A DNA stretch of 64,000 nt from a virus. Where the stretch lies: the IMG/VR virus record IMGVR_UViG_3300035670_000014, positions 1 to 64,000 of that record; one strand, written 5' to 3'. Position numbers and translations under genes: made by a program. Of this stretch, positions 1-8,607 are shown piece by piece (the stretch's first letter is position 1; each line of letters starts with the position of its first letter). Below the pieces are notes generated by a model, which worked only from the letters and a program-made list of their open reading frames with translations, searched no databases and was not told the DNA's origin.

Positions 1-112
1 AAGGGCAGCTAATAGCAGAATAAGAAAAGAAAAAGGCATAAGAACAGAGCCTGCATATGTAACACCAGTGACGCCTAGTCACATTGACAGGATAGGGAGA
101 GATGTCTGGTAA
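1..112 (+). CDS. 3' end of an upstream gene (truncated by window edge), probably head/neck protein
   Basis: Open frame from base 2 (RAANSRIRKEKG...IGRDVW) ending TAA at 110-112, overlapping the ATG at 102. Confidence 0.5.
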   Translation, partial: RAANSRIRKEKGIRTEPAYVTPVTPSHIDRIGRDVW

Positions 113-680
113 CTCAATAGTATTTAATAGAGTAATAACTGCTAACGATAGATCAAAAGAAATAGATCTCAGAAAAGAGCTTGATGATTTTTTGTTTGGA
201 TCTTTAGTGGAGATTAGTAAACACTATGAGGTACTAATCAGGCAGTTCAGAAGGGATAAGGTGAACCAAAGAGTTAAGTGCAAATGCAATGTAAATAATG
301 AAGGTTCAATCAATCCAAATTGTCCCCTTTGCTTAGGTGAGGGATACTTGTGGGATGAAAAGATACAGCCTAGTTTTAAAGGCTATGGAACCAGTGATGG
401 TTCTAAGTTTTCAAACTTAATAAACCTGGGACCAGGTGACACAAGAAAAGGGGAAGTAGTTTTCTACTTCAGGTGGAATGCTGACATAAAAAAGACCGAC
501 ATTATCATTGAACTTCAAAAAGACAAAGAAAGAACAATAAACTTTAAATCTCTAAAGAGAGGTAAAAAGTGGAAAATACAAGAAATAGAAGAAAAGAGAA
601 GTGATTACGGGAGACTAGAATATCTTATAGTTTACTGTACCTCTGAAGATCTATTTAACAATGATAGAGTGGAGCCCTAA
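102..680 (+). CDS. Head-closure/neck protein with Cys cluster
   Basis: CKC...NPNCPLCLGEGYLW motif like neck proteins of large myoviruses; lies two genes upstream of the sheath. Confidence 0.6.
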   Translation: MSGNSIVFNRVITANDRSKEIDLRKELDDFLFGSLVEISKHYEVLIRQFRRDKVNQRVKCKCNVNNEGSINPNCPLCLGEGYLWDEKIQPSFKGYGTSDGSKFSNLINLGPGDTRKGEVVFYFRWNADIKKTDIIIELQKDKERTINFKSLKRGKKWKIQEIEEKRSDYGRLEYLIVYCTSEDLFNNDRVEP

Positions 681-1433
681 GTGACAACTGGAATAAATAA
701 TAAATTACTAAATTTAGAACTATTAGAGAAAGTAAAAAGCACTTTAAGTTCTATCCCATTAGGTTTACCTGATGGAACAAGACTTAGTATAGATAATTTT
801 GGAGGAGTTTCAGTATATGGACCTCAAAAGCATCCTAATAGCCTTAGTGATACAGATGACATATTCAATTGTATTAAGAAACTCATTGAAGAAGAAGCAA
901 AAAACAGACCATTAAACTTCTTTCCTAAAGATGAGAATGGGCAGTATTATGTGCCTTTTAAGAAGGATGAAATTGAAGATGAGCTTGTATTGCCTTGTGT
1001 TACATTCTCAGTATTAGAAGAAGAACCTGGCCCCTGGGGAAGGGGCAATCCAGGTTCACCAAATACAAGTCAACTTAAGCCGGTTCTGAGAGCTGAAATA
1101 CCAGACCCGGATGATGCTAATAAAACTATAATGATACTTTCAAGGAGGCTTTCTGGTAAATTTAAACTTACATGTTGGGGAGAAAATGCAAGATCAGTAG
1201 ATGATCTTAGGAAGTGGTTAGATCATGTAATACAAATGAATATGTGGTACTTTACCTATAGTGGTTTAAATCAGTTGCATTTTGAAAAAAGAACAGCTGA
1301 TAAAGTTTCTAAGGTTGATGGAAAAACAATGCACTCCAGAGGTTTAGAATACTACTATATGTTAGAAAGGTTACAATGGTTATCTGTAGATAACCTGAGA
1401 GAAATCATAATCAAACTTAATCTGGTATCTTAA
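681..1433 (+). CDS. Tail terminator / tail completion protein
   Basis: 250 aa, GTG start, immediately before sheath; LPCVTFS and FKLTCWGEN...DDLRKWL pattern of the tail-terminator fold. Confidence 0.55.
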   Translation: MTTGINNKLLNLELLEKVKSTLSSIPLGLPDGTRLSIDNFGGVSVYGPQKHPNSLSDTDDIFNCIKKLIEEEAKNRPLNFFPKDENGQYYVPFKKDEIEDELVLPCVTFSVLEEEPGPWGRGNPGSPNTSQLKPVLRAEIPDPDDANKTIMILSRRLSGKFKLTCWGENARSVDDLRKWLDHVIQMNMWYFTYSGLNQLHFEKRTADKVSKVDGKTMHSRGLEYYYMLERLQWLSVDNLREIIIKLNLVS

Positions 1434-1444
1434 GGAGGACCATA

Positions 1445-3820
1445 ATGGCTTATCCGAACATTGCAGGAACTACAGTAAATCTTACTGATGGTAACCTAAG
1501 AGAAGTTAATAACACAAATGAGCCTGGCGTACTAGTTATCGGTCGGGCCCAAACTGGACCTACATCCAGTATCGTTTCAGTTGCATCTATTCAAGACGGT
1601 GCAAGTATATACGGAAAGCAAAGCGATCTGTTTAAAGGAATAGTTGAGGCATCTCAAGGTGGTGCTCTTAACTTGCTAGGCTATCGGTTAGCTGGAGTTG
1701 CGCCTGTTCTAACAAATGTAGGTTCAGAAGCTGCTGAAGTATCAGGTGGTATAGAAGGAACTGGCTTCACTATAGCTCCTGCATTGGAATCAGCGGAAGC
1801 TGCTTCTATATATGCAGTTGCTTATCAGTCTTCAGTAAATAGAAACCCTGATGGGAATAATGCTGATGAAGGAGCTGCTGTTAATGAACTTATGGTTCTT
1901 AACACTCAGACCGGTAAAGTAGTCTATCACGGAACTGCAACTCAGACATTTCTTGACCTTGGAGAAGTGACTGTTTCCAGTGATGTATTTAATAATACTG
2001 ATACAAGTGTAGACGTTGTTACTGTTACATTCACGGTAAACGCAGGGTTAACTAATCAAACTTTAAGCTTTGTTATAAGTGGTAAAGTTGTTAGTTTTCC
2101 AATACTTGCAACAGATACTGCCGCTGGGATAGCAACTAAATTTGTAACTGCTTTTAATGCCACCGATCTTGATGTTGTATTTACTGCTGGTGCATCTGGT
2201 GCAATTGTAACTATTACTGCTGATAAAGCAGTATCTTCTGATGGTGTACTTAGATATCCGACAGGCCACCCTCAAGCAGGTCGTCCTGCTAGACCTGTAG
2301 TGTACTCTGTTCCTGATACTACTAGTAGCCTAGAAATTGCAATTAACAAAACAGATGGGCCTGAAGCATTTGATATTGGATGGCTACCTCTGTATGTTGA
2401 AGATCCGCTATCAACTATTAACGGTGGTGGGTTTGTAGGTCTATCTCAGGTTCCTTTATTTTTCAATACAATGAATGCTATCTACACTCAGATAGGTGGC
2501 GTAGATTTTGCGCCCAAAGCTACTATCTTTACTGCTGGTCAGACAATGGCTTCAACTTCATATATGAAGTTGTATGAGAAACTAGATGAAGCTTACTCTC
2601 TACTTTCATTCAGGTCATTTGACTTTGTCGTCCCTCAGGGAATTAAACTTGATGCAGTAAATGTTGCTGATCTATCCCCAGAGCAGGTAGCTAGCCTTGG
2701 TCTAGATGACCTAGAGGACTATCCTCTAGTTGGCTCACCTTCTGATGTATTGGGTAAATTGGCAAGAGTTCTAAATTCTGATGGATTTACCTATACCTAC
2801 TATTGGGATACTGACAATGACGGTGTAGCTAATATTGCATCAGATGGTGAGCCTGGCGATGCTCCTGATGACCTAGTTTTTTATGAAGTAAACTTTGCTC
2901 ACCAGCTTGCCTTGTTCTGCTATAAGACTAGTGAAGATTTTAACTTCTGCCATGGGTTTGTGGCCACTTCACTTCCCCGAGCACTAGATCCTCGTTCTAT
3001 TAGAACCTGGGCAGGTAGAAGCCCGTCTTCAGTTTATGACGCAAGACTTGAAAGGTATGTTATACCTGCAGCTGGTGATGGAACAGGGCTGCTTGGTCAT
3101 AAGCTTGTAGGTGGTAGTGCTGATTTCCACTTTGGATTCCGTCGACCTGGAATACCGCTTACAATTGATGAAAACTTCGGCACAATGTCAGATGTTGACA
3201 AGCTTGTAGTAGATAGCAATGGTCTAGTGGTTGACATCGGCAAGTACATATCAGTTGTATCTGGGTTTGGTAATCTAAGAAATGAATACAATTCAGTAAG
3301 AGGCGGATATCTAACTAATCTTGCAGCCTGGTATGCTGGTCGAGTATCTGCTTTAGCTCCGGTTAACTCACCCACAAATAAAACAGCCAATAACGTTGGC
3401 ATGATTTATGACATTGATGCCAGAATTGTAGATGAGCTTGCTGGAAACAGAGTTGTTGCTCTCTTTAAGAAGGATGGAGTTCCTACAATTGCAGATGCAC
3501 CTACATTTGCAAATGAAGGATCAGACTACAAGAGACTTACAACAATGCGAATTGTTCACACTGTAGTTAAAGAACTTCGCGCTGCTGCTGATCCCTTCCT
3601 TGGTGAAGGCCTTAGTACTCAAAAGCGTGCTGCTCTAGATACTGCCCTTCAAAGTGTAATACTTCAAAACATGGGTATTAATCTTACAGGTGGTAACTTC
3701 ATAGTGAAACAAACAGCGGCTGAAAGAGTTGAAGGAAGAATGAGATTATATGTATCTCTAGTTCCCATCTTTGAGCTTAGAAAGATTAACGTAGAAATTT
3801 CGCTAAGCGCAGGCGAATAA
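1445..3820 (+). CDS. Tail sheath protein
   Basis: N-terminal VLVIGRAQTGP; C-terminal YAGRVS...SPTNK, DYKRLTTMRIV, LVPIFELRKINVEI typical of sheath; strong RBS AAGGAGG. Confidence 0.92.
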   Translation: MAYPNIAGTTVNLTDGNLREVNNTNEPGVLVIGRAQTGPTSSIVSVASIQDGASIYGKQSDLFKGIVEASQGGALNLLGYRLAGVAPVLTNVGSEAAEVSGGIEGTGFTIAPALESAEAASIYAVAYQSSVNRNPDGNNADEGAAVNELMVLNTQTGKVVYHGTATQTFLDLGEVTVSSDVFNNTDTSVDVVTVTFTVNAGLTNQTLSFVISGKVVSFPILATDTAAGIATKFVTAFNATDLDVVFTAGASGAIVTITADKAVSSDGVLRYPTGHPQAGRPARPVVYSVPDTTSSLEIAINKTDGPEAFDIGWLPLYVEDPLSTINGGGFVGLSQVPLFFNTMNAIYTQIGGVDFAPKATIFTAGQTMASTSYMKLYEKLDEAYSLLSFRSFDFVVPQGIKLDAVNVADLSPEQVASLGLDDLEDYPLVGSPSDVLGKLARVLNSDGFTYTYYWDTDNDGVANIASDGEPGDAPDDLVFYEVNFAHQLALFCYKTSEDFNFCHGFVATSLPRALDPRSIRTWAGRSPSSVYDARLERYVIPAAGDGTGLLGHKLVGGSADFHFGFRRPGIPLTIDENFGTMSDVDKLVVDSNGLVVDIGKYISVVSGFGNLRNEYNSVRGGYLTNLAAWYAGRVSALAPVNSPTNKTANNVGMIYDIDARIVDELAGNRVVALFKKDGVPTIADAPTFANEGSDYKRLTTMRIVHTVVKELRAAADPFLGEGLSTQKRAALDTALQSVILQNMGINLTGGNFIVKQTAAERVEGRMRLYVSLVPIFELRKINVEISLSAGE

Positions 3821-3831
3821 GGAGATAGAAT

Positions 3832-4521
3832 ATGACACTTAGACAGAACGAGTATTTTACTAGGTCTTTTTCCTCCTTTTCTGGAGCGGATATTAAGGTG
3901 GTTTTTGCAGGGATTGAAATTGCAACCCTACAGGCCATCTCATATGCAATCCAAAGAGAAAAGGCACCCATCTATACACTAGGCGATCCTAACCCGAGGG
4001 CCTTCTCAAGAGGCAAGCGTGGCATTGCTGGATCAATGATTTTCATTATGTTTGATACTCACGCACTGCTTGATGCATTTAAGGATGCTGACCGTGAAAA
4101 TCTTGCTAAGTTCGTTACAGATATTAACGAAATTAATCCTATAATGTTTGAAAGCGGAGCTAGAGACCAAGACGTGTCACCTATAGAAGTTGACGGACCT
4201 AGTACTTATTGGAACAGCTATGGTGTAAGTACAGCATTCTATGTTGATCAAATTCCTCCATTTGATGTAACAATACTAGCTGCAAATGAAACTGCAGGTG
4301 GTGCAGTTATGAGAATTTGGTCCGCTGAAATCATGAATGAAGGCTACGGTATTAGCGTTGATGACATGGTTTCAGAAATGCAATGTACCTATGTATGTCG
4401 TATGATTACTAGATGGCGTAGAGCTGGAACTAACGGCGATACATTTGGCTTCCAGGCCAATAGAGTTGGTCCTGGTGTTGAAGTTACAGGTCCAGAGATA
4501 AGTGCAGCAAGTAGAATATAA
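3832..4521 (+). CDS. Major tail tube protein
   Basis: Directly after sheath; FSGADI, LQAISYAIQREKAPIYTLG, RGKRGIAGS, DQIPPFDVTI; RBS AGGAG; followed by a terminator. Confidence 0.85.
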   Translation: MTLRQNEYFTRSFSSFSGADIKVVFAGIEIATLQAISYAIQREKAPIYTLGDPNPRAFSRGKRGIAGSMIFIMFDTHALLDAFKDADRENLAKFVTDINEINPIMFESGARDQDVSPIEVDGPSTYWNSYGVSTAFYVDQIPPFDVTILAANETAGGAVMRIWSAEIMNEGYGISVDDMVSEMQCTYVCRMITRWRRAGTNGDTFGFQANRVGPGVEVTGPEISAASRI

Positions 4522-4569
4522 GTGATTTGATTATTCTACTTATTTGGTCACTTTAACTTAAAGTCAATT

Positions 4570-4593
4570 AAGGCCCCGAAAGGGGCCTTTTTT
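4570..4593 (+). terminator. Rho-independent terminator after sheath-tube
   Basis: AAGGCCCC-GAAA-GGGGCCTT followed by T run. Confidence 0.9.
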
Positions 4594-4635
4594 GTTATAG
4601 GATAATACTCATAGGAAGTATTCAAGGATTTTATT

Positions 4636-6009
4636 ATGAGTAGACCATTTCAGAATGAATTACAATGGTATGATCAGCCAGAAGAAATAATAAGAAGAAA
4701 TGGTGGATTTTCTGGCTGTGATATTGATTTAGTTGTCAGACTACCAGCAACTTACGATAGAAGGGGAAGGCTTCTTTCTCAGTCTGTAGCATATCAACTT
4801 GGAAGTATACAGACTTTAAGTTATCAATCTTATAACTCCAAAGAAGCAGTAAGGTCTTTGGGTTTTAAAAATGTAAGGGGCTATGCAAGAGGATCAAGAA
4901 CAATAGCTGGCACCTTAATGTTAAATCAGCTATATACACATGTACTTGATGATGTAGGTACTTCAACTATACTAAATGACACAAAAGGTATATTGACTTA
5001 TTCATCTGGTAGTATTGTTTATGTTCGTAATGTCCCCCTTGATCCTAAAATAAGAGAGGTTGTTGGAGAGACTTATGATTCTATTGAGTCTCCTTCTGTA
5101 ATAAATAGAAGGCATAACTTTGACTTTTCCTGGGATCAAAATACAATAGGAAGACAACTTAAATCTTCTGACTTGCCACCATTTGATATTATTGCCATAT
5201 TTGTGAATGAATATGGACATGTGGGTAAGATGGTTATTTATGGAGTTGATTTAGTTACTGAAGGCGGAGTACTCAGTATAGAGGATATTTATACTGAAGT
5301 TAGCATGCAGTATGTAGCTAGAGATATTGAATACTTTCATAGTGAAACTCAGGCTGGCACAAGTCAATGGAGAGGTGTGAGTCCCTTTGGAGGTGGCGGT
5401 AATAGAAACACAGAGCTATCATTTGTTATGGATTCAATGGGTGATGCAAGTGATAGGGTCTGGAGGTCAGTTTATGGAGGTGGAGATGCAGCAGGAGCTG
5501 AGTCACTTTTACGAGTTGAAGAAGGAATAAGGGCTAACAGGCAAGGGTTTGAAGGAAATAGTGTCCTTGGGACTAGTCAACCTACACTAGTTGATATTTC
5601 TGGAGTTATTGGATCTGCACAGACACAGGTAGGAAATAGCTTGGATCGATCACTATATGTTACACAAACAGTAGATGTATTTAATAATACAAACACATTA
5701 ACCAGGGAAGATGACGGATTAAATCTTACAAATCTTGATAGAATAAGATCTTTGATTACAGGTACAAGTTACCTAGATAATATTGAAACTATTATTGGAG
5801 ATACTCTTAGATTTACTACTATTAGGATACTGTATGATGAATTAGAATTAGAAAGAAGTAGGCGAATTAGTTATGAGAATGGTGGTTTCTCGTCAGAGAA
5901 TTCACTTTCTAGATCCACTACACCATTACCTTTGGATACTATAGATTTTATAATTAGATACTTAATAGATGTTGATTATTTAAATACAATTGGTGGAAGT
6001 GGAGGGTAA
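4636..6009 (+). CDS. Tail tube paralogue (tube initiator-like) with C-terminal extension
   Basis: FSGCDI, IQTLSY, RGSRTIAGTL, DLPPFDII, QYVARDI align by eye with the 3832 tube. Confidence 0.75.
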   Translation: MSRPFQNELQWYDQPEEIIRRNGGFSGCDIDLVVRLPATYDRRGRLLSQSVAYQLGSIQTLSYQSYNSKEAVRSLGFKNVRGYARGSRTIAGTLMLNQLYTHVLDDVGTSTILNDTKGILTYSSGSIVYVRNVPLDPKIREVVGETYDSIESPSVINRRHNFDFSWDQNTIGRQLKSSDLPPFDIIAIFVNEYGHVGKMVIYGVDLVTEGGVLSIEDIYTEVSMQYVARDIEYFHSETQAGTSQWRGVSPFGGGGNRNTELSFVMDSMGDASDRVWRSVYGGGDAAGAESLLRVEEGIRANRQGFEGNSVLGTSQPTLVDISGVIGSAQTQVGNSLDRSLYVTQTVDVFNNTNTLTREDDGLNLTNLDRIRSLITGTSYLDNIETIIGDTLRFTTIRILYDELELERSRRISYENGGFSSENSLSRSTTPLPLDTIDFIIRYLIDVDYLNTIGGSGG

Positions 6010-6011
6010 AA

Positions 6012-7082
6012 ATGGCAAGTGAATATTCAGCAAATTATTTTAGTGGAGCAAATGTTTCTATTTTTATAGGCCCTTACTTATTGACAGAAGTATTTGGAAT
6101 AAGCTGGCAGGAAATGGAATCACTACAGCCTGAGTATGGTTATAATTCAAGATACTATAACTTTGTGAGTGAAGGGCAAGTTTCTGTAATAGGAAACTTG
6201 TATTTAAACTTTGTTCACGTTTCATACTTGTCAACTCTCTTACAAAAGTATCATGAGTTTATTGCTCTAGTAGAAGGTGCAGCAAGGCAAGGACAGATTG
6301 AAGGCATAATTGGAATTCTTGAAGAAAGAGAAGAAACTGCAAATTTAATAAATCTTGTAAGAAACTTCTATGACCCTAATTTAAGAAATATAAGTGGATA
6401 TGGTTCTCCTGTTAATAATAGCAGTAGTAGTTTACTAAGTCCTGGGGCCTATGCAAGTGCTCCTGTTTTAACATCTCAAATGTTGAGAGCTGCCCAGGAT
6501 GGACAGCGCGTAATAAATGCGGTAGATTTTGATAATAGATCGCCTGATTTATCAATGGCAAATCTAACAGATGCTAATGCATTTAGGACTAATACTTCAC
6601 TTTCAAGATCTTTGGATGTTGGATTGAATGCTATATTTGATTCACCTGAAACAAGGACATCTCTTATATCTTTTTTTACAGGTGGTACTGTTACATCTAA
6701 TTCACTTTATGAGAATAATGATGGATCTGTAACTCAAAATTCAGGTCTAAGATTTGATTCACTATCTGAAATGGTTGATAATTCAGTAAATAGATACGCA
6801 GCAAAAAGTCCAGGTATGATTTATGCAAACCCTAGGCAGTTTGGCTCTGCCTCACAAGGCGCAAAGGGTATTGATATAGCAGTACACTATGGTCCACCTG
6901 GTGGGCTTTCAGAAGAAAATAAAGTGTATAATTACAGTACAAATAGCTCTTTCATGTTAAAAGGTGTTCGTTTTACAGGAGAGAGCGGAATATTAAGAAA
7001 TGATGATCAGCCTGTTCTTGAGTCTTACCCATTTCTGGCAAGACGCAAGGTGACTATAGCCGATAGAAGCTATACGACTTAG
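6012..7082 (+). CDS. Second tail tube paralogue with large internal insertion
   Basis: FSGANV, GISW, PEYGYNS, GQVSVIGNL and C-terminal LKGVRFTG...YPFLAR. Confidence 0.65.
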   Translation: MASEYSANYFSGANVSIFIGPYLLTEVFGISWQEMESLQPEYGYNSRYYNFVSEGQVSVIGNLYLNFVHVSYLSTLLQKYHEFIALVEGAARQGQIEGIIGILEEREETANLINLVRNFYDPNLRNISGYGSPVNNSSSSLLSPGAYASAPVLTSQMLRAAQDGQRVINAVDFDNRSPDLSMANLTDANAFRTNTSLSRSLDVGLNAIFDSPETRTSLISFFTGGTVTSNSLYENNDGSVTQNSGLRFDSLSEMVDNSVNRYAAKSPGMIYANPRQFGSASQGAKGIDIAVHYGPPGGLSEENKVYNYSTNSSFMLKGVRFTGESGILRNDDQPVLESYPFLARRKVTIADRSYTT

Positions 7083-7109
7083 GCGTAACTTGTAGGTTAA
7101 GGTGCAATA

Positions 7110-7577
7110 ATGAGTACTAAATTTAGTGATCCTAGTGAGCTACTTGAGAGAGAGCTAGCTGAAAGCGTAAAGCTTGAAGAACCTGATGCTGGTCAGGTTG
7201 AAGAAGTTAATCCTGCAGAAAAAAGACGACTAGATGGATTGGCAGTATTTGCTTCACTTGGACTGAGTGAGCTTGATATTAAGGAAGCAAAAGCAAAGTT
7301 TAAAAGAGTCTATAGTTTTATCTTTGATGAAGATAATGCCTTCCTTTACAAGGCTCTTAATAAGAGAGACTTTGATAACATTGTTGCTTTAGCTAAAGGT
7401 GATGAAGAAAAGTTTAAGTCACTGATTGTAAGGACTGGAACTATCTGGCCTTCAGTTACAACTGAGTACTTGGGCGAGAAGCCTGCTGGTATTAGTAAGC
7501 TTCTATTTGAACTCATAATGGCACAGTCAGGCTTTGTAGATATTGGACTTGCTCTTCAAAGTGTAATCGAGCTCTAA
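7110..7577 (+). CDS. Tail assembly chaperone (G-like)
   Basis: Small acidic protein between tube genes and tape-measure locus; FLYKALNKRDF and PAGI...IMAQSGF. Confidence 0.65.
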   Translation: MSTKFSDPSELLERELAESVKLEEPDAGQVEEVNPAEKRRLDGLAVFASLGLSELDIKEAKAKFKRVYSFIFDEDNAFLYKALNKRDFDNIVALAKGDEEKFKSLIVRTGTIWPSVTTEYLGEKPAGISKLLFELIMAQSGFVDIGLALQSVIEL

Positions 7578-8272
7578 TGTCTCTTTCTAATGCAGATGTC
7601 ATAAAGAGTAAAAAACTCTATCTCATAAAGTATGAGATGGAAGAGGGTGAAATTTATGTCATATTTAAACTCATACCGTGGAAAGAGTTTAAGAGAGTTT
7701 TCCACGCAAAAGAAACAGATGTAATCCCAGAGAATGAGCTTTGGAATTTAATATTTAAACTTTATACAGTTATAGGAGAAGCTTTAACCGAAGAAGATAT
7801 ACTTGAACTTCCTGCTGGTGTTGTAATAACAACTGCAAAGATTATATTTGAGATGTCAAATTCCTTCGGGATGCCTTCTAAAACTAACGGCATTGAGCTA
7901 AATAAGTTTCTAAATAAACTTAACTATGCAAGAATGATGTCTAAGGTTTCTATAGAAAAGCAACTGTTTGCTCTTATATGTTCTGTGTATAAAGGCTATA
8001 CTTTCTCTTCTCTCGAAGAGATGGATTTTAATGAAATTCTTGAGTTGTTTGTTGCAGCGGAAAACCACCTATTAAATATAGGTGTGTTGCAACAGCATCT
8101 TTCTTTTACTCCTGTTGGCGGAAATGGAGAAACCTTACAAGAAGAAGCTCCACCAAAAATGGATAAACAGGAAAGTCAAGGACAAGTAAAACTAACAAAT
8201 GCTGAAAAGCAAATGCTTATGGCAAGACAAGCACAAGAAGAAAAGAATAGGAGAATGAGAAATGGAACCTAA
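7577..8272 (+). CDS. Tail assembly chaperone paralogue (GT-like)
   Basis: IFKLIPWKEF and LPAGV...IFEMSNSF repeat motifs of the previous gene; extra C-terminal helical domain; TAATG coupling. Confidence 0.6.
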   Translation: MSLSNADVIKSKKLYLIKYEMEEGEIYVIFKLIPWKEFKRVFHAKETDVIPENELWNLIFKLYTVIGEALTEEDILELPAGVVITTAKIIFEMSNSFGMPSKTNGIELNKFLNKLNYARMMSKVSIEKQLFALICSVYKGYTFSSLEEMDFNEILELFVAAENHLLNIGVLQQHLSFTPVGGNGETLQEEAPPKMDKQESQGQVKLTNAEKQMLMARQAQEEKNRRMRNGT

Positions 8273-8606
8273 TAAAATGATTCAAACTAAAGATATAGTA
8301 ATTCAAACTAAAGCAGGTGATATGGTGTGTCCTGCGATTAACTATGACACTCCTTTCCCTGTTGATGAATTTAAAGCTGCACCTCTTATGACTGAGGAAG
8401 AGGTTATAGCTCAAGCTCTACAGGCAGGATGCCCTCCTGCTGGTTGGGAAATAATTCAAAGAAGAAAGTTAAGAGAAAAACAAATACAAATGTTAAAAGA
8501 CCAACAAGAAAAAGATAAAGTGTTAAAGGATAATAAAGGTAATAAAAAGAAACTAAACCTAAAGCAACTAAAAGCATTAGAGTTAGCAGAGAGAAAGCAG
8601 GTGTAA
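8262..8606 (+). CDS. Hypothetical protein with basic C-terminus
   Basis: 114-aa ORF filling the gap before the tape-measure locus. Confidence 0.5.
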   Translation: MEPNKMIQTKDIVIQTKAGDMVCPAINYDTPFPVDEFKAAPLMTEEEVIAQALQAGCPPAGWEIIQRRKLREKQIQMLKDQQEKDKVLKDNKGNKKKLNLKQLKALELAERKQV

Positions 8607-8607
8607 G

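Noticed and set aside
7500-7580. Programmed -1 frameshift between the chaperone genes
   Set aside because: No in-frame XXXYYYZ heptamer in the short open -1 window; the second gene has its own coupled ATG and its own G-like domain
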